From an uncultured Peptostreptococcaceae bacterium (GTDB taxonomy: Bacteria; Bacillota; Clostridia; Peptostreptococcales; Peptostreptococcaceae), in contig CAMTIM010000060.1 of the NCBI GenBank assembly GCA_947072565.1, positions 3,613 through 43,612 of the forward strand: DNA of 40,000 nucleotides. Reading direction: 5' to 3'. Below, in pieces: positions 33,107-40,000 of the stretch; position 1 is the stretch's first letter; every line of letters begins with the position of its first letter. The position numbers and the translations under genes were made by a program. The notes beneath the pieces are model-generated. The model saw only the letters and a list, made by a program, of their open reading frames with translations. It made no database searches and was not told the DNA's origin.

Positions 33107-34987
33107 ATGAATGAGAAAGTCCTCCAAGCTGTTATAAAGTTAAGAGATGAAATATCTAAGCCTTTAGCAAGTATAAGGGCTTCTATGCAAGCCGCAGAAG
33201 CCCAAACAAACGCTAATAAAAAGACTACTGAACAATTAGCCAAAACTATGCAAGATACTGGCAAAAAAGCCACGTTAATGGGTGGTGCAATAGTTGCAAG
33301 TGTAGGTGGTGCATTAGTTGCATCTACGAAGAAAGCTATCGAGTTCGAAAGCGCATTCGCTGGTGTCAAGAAAACTTTAAATACTGACGGAATGACTGAT
33401 GCTCAAGTTACTAAAACACTAGATTCTATGAATAAAGGGTTGCGTGATATGTCTAAAACTATGCCAACTTCTGCAGTTGAATTAGCTGGAATTGCAGAAG
33501 CTGCTGGTCAATTAGGTATAGCAACACCAAACATTTTAAGCTTTACTAAAACTATGGCGATGATGGGTGATGCTACTAATATGACGGCAGAAGATGTGGC
33601 AACGTCTTTTGCGCAAATAGCAAATGTTACACGAATGCCACAAGACGAATTTGACAAGTTAGGGTCAACAGTTGTTGCACTTGGTAACAAAGGAGCATCA
33701 ACAGAAGCCGATATAGTTGGTCTTATGAATAGAATTGCAGCAAGTGGAAAGCAAGTAAATATGTCTGTCCCTCAAATAGCTTCTTGGTCTAGTGCTATGG
33801 CTTCTTTAGGTATAACGGCAGAAGCTGGAGGTACTTCTTTCAATAAGACACTTTCGTTAATGCAAATAGCTGTAGAAACTAATAGCAACAAGTTAACTCA
33901 ATTTGCTAAAGTTGCTGGTATGAGTGCTAGCGAATTTAAACAAGCATTTAAAAAAGATGCCAGCGGTGCGTTATTTGAATTTACTAAAGGCTTGGGAAAT
34001 ACTGAAAGAAATGGTAAATCTACAATAGGAGTTCTTAAAGATTTAGGTATAAATAGTTCAGAACAAATATTAATGTTATCTAAGTTAGCAGGAGGTACTC
34101 AAACCGTAGCAGATTCAATAACTACTGGTAACAATGCTTGGAAAGAAAATATAGCATTGCAAAATGAAGTTGCACAAAGATACGGGACTACCGAATCTCA
34201 ATTAGCTATAATGAGAAATAAAATATCTGATTTGCAAATAGAAATAGGAAACGCATTTTTACCAGTTGTAAGAGATGCGGCTGAATATGTAGGAAGATTT
34301 GCAAGTGCGTTTGCAGGACTAGACCCAAATGTAAAACAAACAATAATAACAGTTAGTCTTATAATTCTTGCAATAGGCGGATTCTTACTGATAGCTGGTA
34401 TTGTTATATCTTTAGTTGGAACGGCTATAACTTTATTTAGTGGACTTGGTACAGTACTTGGTATAGTTGCTGGGGTATTTACATTTTTATGCACTCCAGT
34501 TGGTTTATTGATAGGTGTTATGGTTGCGGTTACTGGTGGGGTTCTATTGATGCGTGAAGCTTGGAACAGAAATTTAGGCGGAATACAAGAAAAAACTAAA
34601 AAAGTAATAGATACTGTAACTGGTTGGTGGGATAATTTCATTAAATTTATAACTCATCCAATATCTACAACAGTATCAGTATTCAAAAAAGTTTCAGAAA
34701 GTAAGCCAAACCCTAAAAAAGGTACGCAAGGTAAGGCAAAAGATAGCCGTAACGCATTTGGAAGTGGGCGCATAACTCGTGACGGGCAAATAGCAGAGCT
34801 ACACCAAGGTGAAAAAGTTTTAACTAAAAAAGAAGCAAATCAATATGATAAAGGCAATATGCAAAATGTTCCAAACATAATCATAAATGGAATGACTGTA
34901 AGGGAAGAAGCGGACATTACAAAATTCGCTAAAAGTTTCGTAAGAGAACTTAATAATCAAAAAATTATAGCTGCGGGGGGGATGTAA
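33107..34987 (+). CDS. Tail tape measure protein
   Basis: TP901-type core (MPTSAVELAGIAEAAGQLGI), internal hydrophobic segments, 626 aa. Confidence 0.9.
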   Translation: MNEKVLQAVIKLRDEISKPLASIRASMQAAEAQTNANKKTTEQLAKTMQDTGKKATLMGGAIVASVGGALVASTKKAIEFESAFAGVKKTLNTDGMTDAQVTKTLDSMNKGLRDMSKTMPTSAVELAGIAEAAGQLGIATPNILSFTKTMAMMGDATNMTAEDVATSFAQIANVTRMPQDEFDKLGSTVVALGNKGASTEADIVGLMNRIAASGKQVNMSVPQIASWSSAMASLGITAEAGGTSFNKTLSLMQIAVETNSNKLTQFAKVAGMSASEFKQAFKKDASGALFEFTKGLGNTERNGKSTIGVLKDLGINSSEQILMLSKLAGGTQTVADSITTGNNAWKENIALQNEVAQRYGTTESQLAIMRNKISDLQIEIGNAFLPVVRDAAEYVGRFASAFAGLDPNVKQTIITVSLIILAIGGFLLIAGIVISLVGTAITLFSGLGTVLGIVAGVFTFLCTPVGLLIGVMVAVTGGVLLMREAWNRNLGGIQEKTKKVIDTVTGWWDNFIKFITHPISTTVSVFKKVSESKPNPKKGTQGKAKDSRNAFGSGRITRDGQIAELHQGEKVLTKKEANQYDKGNMQNVPNIIINGMTVREEADITKFAKSFVRELNNQKIIAAGGM

Positions 34988-35620
34988 ATGGAAGTATATT
35001 TAAGACAAGATACAGATATAATAAGATTTCCTATTACACCCTCTGTTATTTCTGTAAATGGCGGCGCTAATATGGACACGTCTAATATTATAAGACTTGG
35101 AGAAATTGGAGTTTTTAATGGTAGGAAGTTACAAACTATTGATTTAAAATCACTTTTCCCAGCTCAAGAATATTCGGCTTGTAATTGGAGAGGATTTGCA
35201 GATCCTTATACTTTCGTTAAAAAAATAAAAAAATGGAAAGATAACGGGCATTTACTAAGAATTACGGCTACTGGAACAGATGTGAATTTTGAGTGTAAGA
35301 TTTCTGATTTCACATATTCAGAGCAAGACGGGACAAGGGATGTATATTTCGAATTAAGCTTAGTGGAGCATATAAGAATTAATATTCCAAGTACCGCAAA
35401 TAACAATAATTCTACAAATAATAGTAATAGACCTAGCAATCCCACTTCTTCATCTGTTAAAACTCACAAGGTTGTAAACGGTGATAATCTTTGGGATATA
35501 GCATATAAATACTACGGTAAAGGTAGCAACTATCCTAAATTAAAACAGAAAAACTGGGACAAATATCCTAGCTTGAAAAAAGATAATTATATTAATAGTG
35601 GGTGGGTGCTAGTCATATGA
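34988..35620 (+). CDS. LysM-domain tail protein (XkdP-like)
   Basis: C-terminal LysM HKVVNGDNLWDIAYKYYG. Confidence 0.8.
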   Translation: MEVYLRQDTDIIRFPITPSVISVNGGANMDTSNIIRLGEIGVFNGRKLQTIDLKSLFPAQEYSACNWRGFADPYTFVKKIKKWKDNGHLLRITATGTDVNFECKISDFTYSEQDGTRDVYFELSLVEHIRINIPSTANNNNSTNNSNRPSNPTSSSVKTHKVVNGDNLWDIAYKYYGKGSNYPKLKQKNWDKYPSLKKDNYINSGWVLVI

Positions 35621-37365
35621 TAGAGGTTACTGTTTTTAATGGGGGTGTTTGGTATAATATAAGCCACCTAGTTGAATCTATAAAATGGAGCGGAGATTAT
35701 AAGCAATGTTGCAGAAAATTAGAATTTTCAATAGCTGCTAGTAGTGCAGATAATAGAATACCAAAGGTTAAAATCGAAAGTGCTAATACTGTATGCCTAT
35801 ATGAAAATGACAAGATAATATTTATAGGAATTGTTTATAATTTTAGTAAAAGTTCCTCATCTAATTCAATAAACTATTTAGCATTTGACTACGGTGTAAA
35901 ACTAAACGATATAAAAGTAGCTTATAATATTAAAAATAAAACTGCAAATGAGGTTGTAGATTTATTTTTAAAAGATTATGTGCTTGATAAAGGGGATATA
36001 TATAAAACAAAAACTCGTACAAGCAAAGTATTTTTAGGCGTTACGGCTTACGATATGCTTATGACAATGTACACGGAAGCCTCTAAAGTTGACGGTAATA
36101 AGTATATGATAAATTATATAGGTGACAAGTTGAACGTTGTTAAAAAAGGCGATATACGCTTAAAAGTATCTTTCGAAGAAGGTAAGAATTTAATAACTTC
36201 ATCATTTAGCGAAAGTATGGAAAATATGGTAAATAAAGTTGTTATTGTAGATGAATACGGGAACAGAAAAGGAGTTATTGAAGAAGCTGCTGATAAAAAA
36301 AGGTATGGCCTTTTTCAAGATATTTTAAGGCAAGAAGATGGAAAAGACAACAACGCCATTGCTAAAGGTATGCTAAAAGGCATTGAGAAAACTTGTTCAC
36401 TAGAAGGATACGGCGATACTAGTTGCCTAACTGGTTACGGCGTTACGGTTAAAGATAGTTTTACTGGACTAGTTGGTTTGTTTTATATAGATTCTGATAC
36501 TCACACTTGGGAGGGCGGAGAATATAAAATAAGTTTAGCCCTTAACTTTAAAAACATAATGAACGAAGTTAATGCAGGAGAAGAAGAACAAGAAAAAACA
36601 AGTACTTCAAGCGGTGGTGGCGTAACTGTTACTGGTGGAAAAGAAGTAGATTGTGAGTTTACCGCATATTATCCTGCGAATAATTCTATGGAGGGCGGTT
36701 TTATGGATGCATTAGGAGGTCGACTAGACCCGTCAAAACTTACTTGCGCAGCGCCTAAAAGCGTGGCATTTGGTACTAAAATACAAGTAAAAGGGACAAA
36801 TACTTCGAAAGATAATTTAGTATACAAGGTTAATGATAGGGGCGGGCGTATCAATATTTCAAATGGTTTATATCATATAGATTTATTGGTTGCAAATAAA
36901 ACAGAAGCCAACAAATTTGGTCGAAGAAGGGGTAAGGCAATAATCGGAGTTACAGAAACTTTAAACGGTGGCTCGAGCGGTGCAAGTAATAACAGTAAAG
37001 CAAATAAGGCGGCTGAATATGCAAAGGCTCAACTTGGTAAGCGCTATGTTTGGGGTGCTACTGGACAAAATACATTTGATTGCAGCGGCTTGACTTTATG
37101 CGCCTATAAATCAGTTGGCGTACAAATTCCTAGGGTAAGCGGCGACCAGTCACGATTTGGAAAAGCTATAAATAAAAAAGATTTACAAGTTGGAGATTTA
37201 TTATTCTTTGATACTATGAACAAGGGTCGAGTTAGCCACGTTGGTATATATATTGGTAATGGTAATATGGTACATGCTGCAAATCCTAAGAAGGGCGTTA
37301 GACAAGACAATGTAATGAGCGGCTATTATGCTAAGGCGCTTTTAAATATAAGGAGGGTGGTTTAA
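35617..37365 (+). CDS. XkdQ-like baseplate/hub protein fused to 3D-type and NlpC/P60 peptidoglycan hydrolase domains
   Basis: ATG 35617 (ATGA overlap); FTAYYP..VNDRGG (3D domain); FDCSGL..SHVGIYIG (NlpC/P60 Cys-His). Confidence 0.85.
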   Translation: MIEVTVFNGGVWYNISHLVESIKWSGDYKQCCRKLEFSIAASSADNRIPKVKIESANTVCLYENDKIIFIGIVYNFSKSSSSNSINYLAFDYGVKLNDIKVAYNIKNKTANEVVDLFLKDYVLDKGDIYKTKTRTSKVFLGVTAYDMLMTMYTEASKVDGNKYMINYIGDKLNVVKKGDIRLKVSFEEGKNLITSSFSESMENMVNKVVIVDEYGNRKGVIEEAADKKRYGLFQDILRQEDGKDNNAIAKGMLKGIEKTCSLEGYGDTSCLTGYGVTVKDSFTGLVGLFYIDSDTHTWEGGEYKISLALNFKNIMNEVNAGEEEQEKTSTSSGGGVTVTGGKEVDCEFTAYYPANNSMEGGFMDALGGRLDPSKLTCAAPKSVAFGTKIQVKGTNTSKDNLVYKVNDRGGRINISNGLYHIDLLVANKTEANKFGRRRGKAIIGVTETLNGGSSGASNNSKANKAAEYAKAQLGKRYVWGATGQNTFDCSGLTLCAYKSVGVQIPRVSGDQSRFGKAINKKDLQVGDLLFFDTMNKGRVSHVGIYIGNGNMVHAANPKKGVRQDNVMSGYYAKALLNIRRVV

Positions 37366-37613
37366 TGGAAACGAACCCATTCAACGAATTTATAAATATG
37401 ATAAGGCAAGAGGTGGCTCGAGAAATTAAGCCATCTTTTTATATTGCAAAAGTTGTTAATACTTCACCGATTTCGATCGCATTTGAGGGTATAGAACTAT
37501 CTAGTTTTTATATTAATAGTTCTCTATCTGATTCGTTAGCAGCAGGAGATAGCGTTGTAGTGTTAAGGGAAGGTGATAATTTTGTAGTTAGTGAGAAGGT
37601 GTTAAAGATATGA
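37365..37613 (+). CDS. XkdR-like (DUF2577) baseplate protein
   Basis: Size, order, overlapping start. Confidence 0.7.
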   Translation: METNPFNEFINMIRQEVAREIKPSFYIAKVVNTSPISIAFEGIELSSFYINSSLSDSLAAGDSVVVLREGDNFVVSEKVLKI

Positions 37614-38032
37614 GTGCATTATTTCCTTTCATCAATCCCCCTTCTGATTTAGTAGGTTCAAATGAGTTCCCTTTATATACTGAAATCGCTTGGGATTTTA
37701 AAAATGATTGTCCAATAATTGAAAATGGAGAATTTAAAATAATAGAGGGAAATGAAGCTTTAAGAGTTTGGTGTTACTTTGCGTTAAAAACTAACAGATA
37801 TGAACATACGGTATTAAGTTTTGATTACGGGAATGAAGTAATTTCTCTTATAGGTCAATCATATTCAAAAGGTTTGACTATTTCAGAGATTGACCGATTT
37901 ATAAAGGAAGCATTGTTGATTAACCCTTATATCGAAGAAGTTTACGTTAGCGATATATCATTTAACGATACTTTGTTAGCTGCAAATATAAAAATAACAA
38001 CAATATACGGAGAAGGTGAGGTGATTATTTAA
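37610..38032 (+). CDS. XkdS-like (gpW/gp25-like) baseplate wedge protein
   Basis: EALRVWCYFALKTNRYEH..YG motif. Confidence 0.7.
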   Translation: MSALFPFINPPSDLVGSNEFPLYTEIAWDFKNDCPIIENGEFKIIEGNEALRVWCYFALKTNRYEHTVLSFDYGNEVISLIGQSYSKGLTISEIDRFIKEALLINPYIEEVYVSDISFNDTLLAANIKITTIYGEGEVII

Positions 38033-39072
38033 TGTTTTTAGACCAAACTTACGAGAGGATAAAACAAAGAGTTCTTGACAATTTCCCTATGCAATTAGAT
38101 AAAAGGGAAGGAAGTTTTTCGAACTTTATAGTCTCTCCTATATGCGAGTTTATAGCTAAGGTTTATATGAGTATGGGCGATATTATGAATTTAGGATTTA
38201 TTGCCGATACTTATAATGCCTATTTAGATAAGAGAATTGGAGAATTTGGAGTTTATAGAAAACTTGGAACAAAAGCTACTGGAAGCGTAAAGGTTATTGG
38301 CAAAGATGATACCGTTATATCAAACGGAAGTGTTTTAGCTTGTAACGGGCTTAAATTTATAGTTCTAAATGATATAGTTTTGCCTACTGATTCTATTTTA
38401 TTTGTTGAAGCTGAAAGCGTAGGAGTTGAATACAATCTACCTTTAAATAGTGAATTTGAGTTATTAGAAAGTAATGAGGATGTAGTTTCTTTAATATCAG
38501 ATGTAGAATTTAAAGGCGGATTAAACGTAGAAACTGACGAAGAACTTAGAAAAAGATTTGTAAAGGTTGTAAATAATCCGAGTACAAGCGGTAATAAAGC
38601 GCATTATGAGGAATGGGCGCTCGAGGTAGACGGTGTTTCGAGGGCAGTAATTTATCCGCTATGGAACGGTAACGGGACCGTTAAAGTTATGTGCATAGGC
38701 TTAAATAATACCCCCATCGATGAAACTATAATAGAAAAAGTTACTTCTCACATACAAGTAAATAAGCCAATTGGAGCATCAATAACAATAACTACACCTA
38801 CTATATTAGATATAGTTATAGTTGCAAATGTAAAATTGACAGAAGGATATACTACACAAGATGTCGGATCTAGTTTAAGAGATAGTTTAAGCATTTATAT
38901 TAATAACTCTATTAATGAGGTTGTGTATTCTAAAATATACGGGTTGCTTGCCAATAATGTAGGTGTTAATGATATATCAGAATTAACTTTAAATGGCTTA
39001 AAACAGAATATAACAATTCCTAGTGATAAAATAGCAAGTATAGGCGATATTGATATTTCAGAGGTGGTTTAA
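38032..39072 (+). CDS. Baseplate J-like protein (XkdT-like)
   Basis: HYEEWALEVDGVSRAVIYPLWNGNGTVKV motif. Confidence 0.85.
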   Translation: MFLDQTYERIKQRVLDNFPMQLDKREGSFSNFIVSPICEFIAKVYMSMGDIMNLGFIADTYNAYLDKRIGEFGVYRKLGTKATGSVKVIGKDDTVISNGSVLACNGLKFIVLNDIVLPTDSILFVEAESVGVEYNLPLNSEFELLESNEDVVSLISDVEFKGGLNVETDEELRKRFVKVVNNPSTSGNKAHYEEWALEVDGVSRAVIYPLWNGNGTVKVMCIGLNNTPIDETIIEKVTSHIQVNKPIGASITITTPTILDIVIVANVKLTEGYTTQDVGSSLRDSLSIYINNSINEVVYSKIYGLLANNVGVNDISELTLNGLKQNITIPSDKIASIGDIDISEVV

Positions 39073-39611
39073 TGAAATTAATTGATAAACTTCCGAAAAT
39101 ATTTCACAATGCAGTAGTAAGTAAAATGCAAGAAGCTTTTCAAATTGAAGCTGATAATTTAGAAGAAGAACGTAATGCCACACTAGACCAATTTTTTTTA
39201 GATTCTTGCACTTGGGGTCTTGATTATTGGGAGAAAATGCTCGGCATTAAGAAAAATAATTTTGACTTAATTACTAGACGTGAAAATATAAAGGCTAAAA
39301 TGAGAAGTAGAGGTACAAGCACATTATCACTTATAAAAAACATTTGTGAATCTTACTCAAACGGTGAAGTTGAAATAATAGAAAATAATTCAAATTATTC
39401 ATTTACTATAAAATTTATAGGAACATTAGGTATCCCAAAAGCTTTCGAAGAATTGGACAAAACTATAAATGAAATAAAACCATGCCATCTAGCACATAAT
39501 TACGATTTCACTTATATAACTTGGGATAAGTTAGATAATTATAATAAAACTTGGGATGAATGGGACACGTTGAATTTAACTTGGGACGAATTAGAGGTTT
39601 ACAATGTTTAA
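39072..39611 (+). CDS. XkdU-like (DUF2313) tail protein
   Basis: LDYWEKMLGI motif and order. Confidence 0.7.
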   Translation: MKLIDKLPKIFHNAVVSKMQEAFQIEADNLEEERNATLDQFFLDSCTWGLDYWEKMLGIKKNNFDLITRRENIKAKMRSRGTSTLSLIKNICESYSNGEVEIIENNSNYSFTIKFIGTLGIPKAFEELDKTINEIKPCHLAHNYDFTYITWDKLDNYNKTWDEWDTLNLTWDELEVYNV

Positions 39612-39637
39612 AATTTAGAAGAAAGAAGGTGTTTTTA

Positions 39638-40000
39638 ATGCCAAGTAAGAACAAAACTCCGAATATCGGTCTTAATCAATGGCTGGGAAATGAGTATAAA
39701 AAACGTACTGATTTCGTTGAAGATAATAAAATCATTGATTATGAAATTGGAAAAATCAAAGAACAATTTAATAATATAAAAACTACTGCGAAAGAAATAC
39801 CAATAGAGGATGCTACTAATGTATTTACTGCAACAAATGTAGAAGATGCATTAGTAGAAAATAAAACAAGTATTTCAACTTTAGAAAAAAAGACTGATAC
39901 TACTAATGAAGATGTGACTAATCTAACGACAAAAGTAAATGCAGGGCAGAATCATAAATTGACTAGTGATGATGGTGTGTGTATAGATTATGTCGGTAAC
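39638..40000 (+). CDS. Tail fibre protein, partial (continues beyond window)
   Basis: GAAGG RBS; open frame to window end; position after XkdU-like gene. Confidence 0.6.
   Translation, partial: MPSKNKTPNIGLNQWLGNEYKKRTDFVEDNKIIDYEIGKIKEQFNNIKTTAKEIPIEDATNVFTATNVEDALVENKTSISTLEKKTDTTNEDVTNLTTKVNAGQNHKLTSDDGVCIDYVGN

Larger units (their letters stand above)
1..40000. mobile_element. Phage-plasmid: plasmid partition/replication block joined to a complete Xkd/PBSX-type contractile-tail phage genome; element extends past both window edges
   Basis: ParM/ParR + repeat array and Rep_3-like initiator + iterons at 4.7-7.5 kb; lysogeny, replication, packaging, head, sheath/tube/baseplate genes at 7.7-40 kb; no large integrase seen. 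Confidence 0.7.

Noticed and set aside
33034-34641. Tracked minus-strand ORFs within the tape measure gene (33034-33369, 33508-33690, 34198-34641)
   Set aside because: They are antisense to a long, motif-supported gene in a tightly packed plus-strand operon and have no RBS.
1-40000. Search by eye for CRISPR arrays, tRNA/rRNA genes, reverse transcriptase (retron/DGR), large integrase/attP, and known multi-gene defence systems
   Set aside because: No regularly spaced 25-40-bp repeats, no cloverleaf-like G/C-rich segments, no RT motifs (YxDD) and no large recombinase were recognised. Absence is by inspection only and should be confirmed with tRNAscan-SE, Infernal, CRISPR finders and DefenseFinder/PADLOC.

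Overview
AT-rich, low-GC Firmicute (Clostridium-like) DNA that reads as one large phage-plasmid (extrachromosomal prophage). All product calls come from reading motifs and gene order by eye; no database search was run.
- 0-4.5 kb: a partial Zn-ribbon membrane gene, a small RHH-like gene, and an orphan membrane/membrane/P-loop-ATPase trio laid out like VirB2/VirB3/VirB4.
- 4.7-7.5 kb (minus strand): plasmid maintenance block with parR, parM, a 5-copy AT-rich repeat array (candidate parC), a Rep_3-type initiator and iterons.
- 7.5-9.8 kb: lysogeny switch with an XRE + small HTH operon, a CI-like repressor lacking a peptidase domain, divergent promoters and a Bro-N antirepressor.
- 9.8-19.9 kb (plus strand): early region with a DnaD-like replisome organiser, DnaC-like loader, Spo0E-like 40-aa ORF, NA37-type nucleoid protein, two paralogous XRE/divergent-gene modules, acidic small proteins, YopX, an HExxH protein and an ArpU/RinA-like late regulator.
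- 19.9-21.9 kb: recombinase island with phased TGACA repeats, a terminator, a short tyrosine recombinase, a 485-bp repeat-bearing non-coding tract and a serine recombinase.
- 21.9-40 kb: terS, terL, SPP1-type portal, an interrupted Mu-F/gp7 minor head gene, a second autonomous serine recombinase cassette, scaffold, capsid and connectors. The Xkd/PBSX-type tail module follows: sheath, tube, frameshifting chaperone, tape measure, LysM protein, 3D+NlpC/P60 tail lysin, baseplate and the start of a tail fibre.
No rRNA, tRNA or CRISPR array was seen.
Best candidates for something undescribed:
1. The T4SS-like trio on a phage backbone.
2. The recombinase-rich organisation: one tyrosine and two self-contained serine recombinase cassettes bracketing the packaging module, next to a broken minor-head gene.
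3. The duplicated XRE switch modules followed by acidic small proteins.
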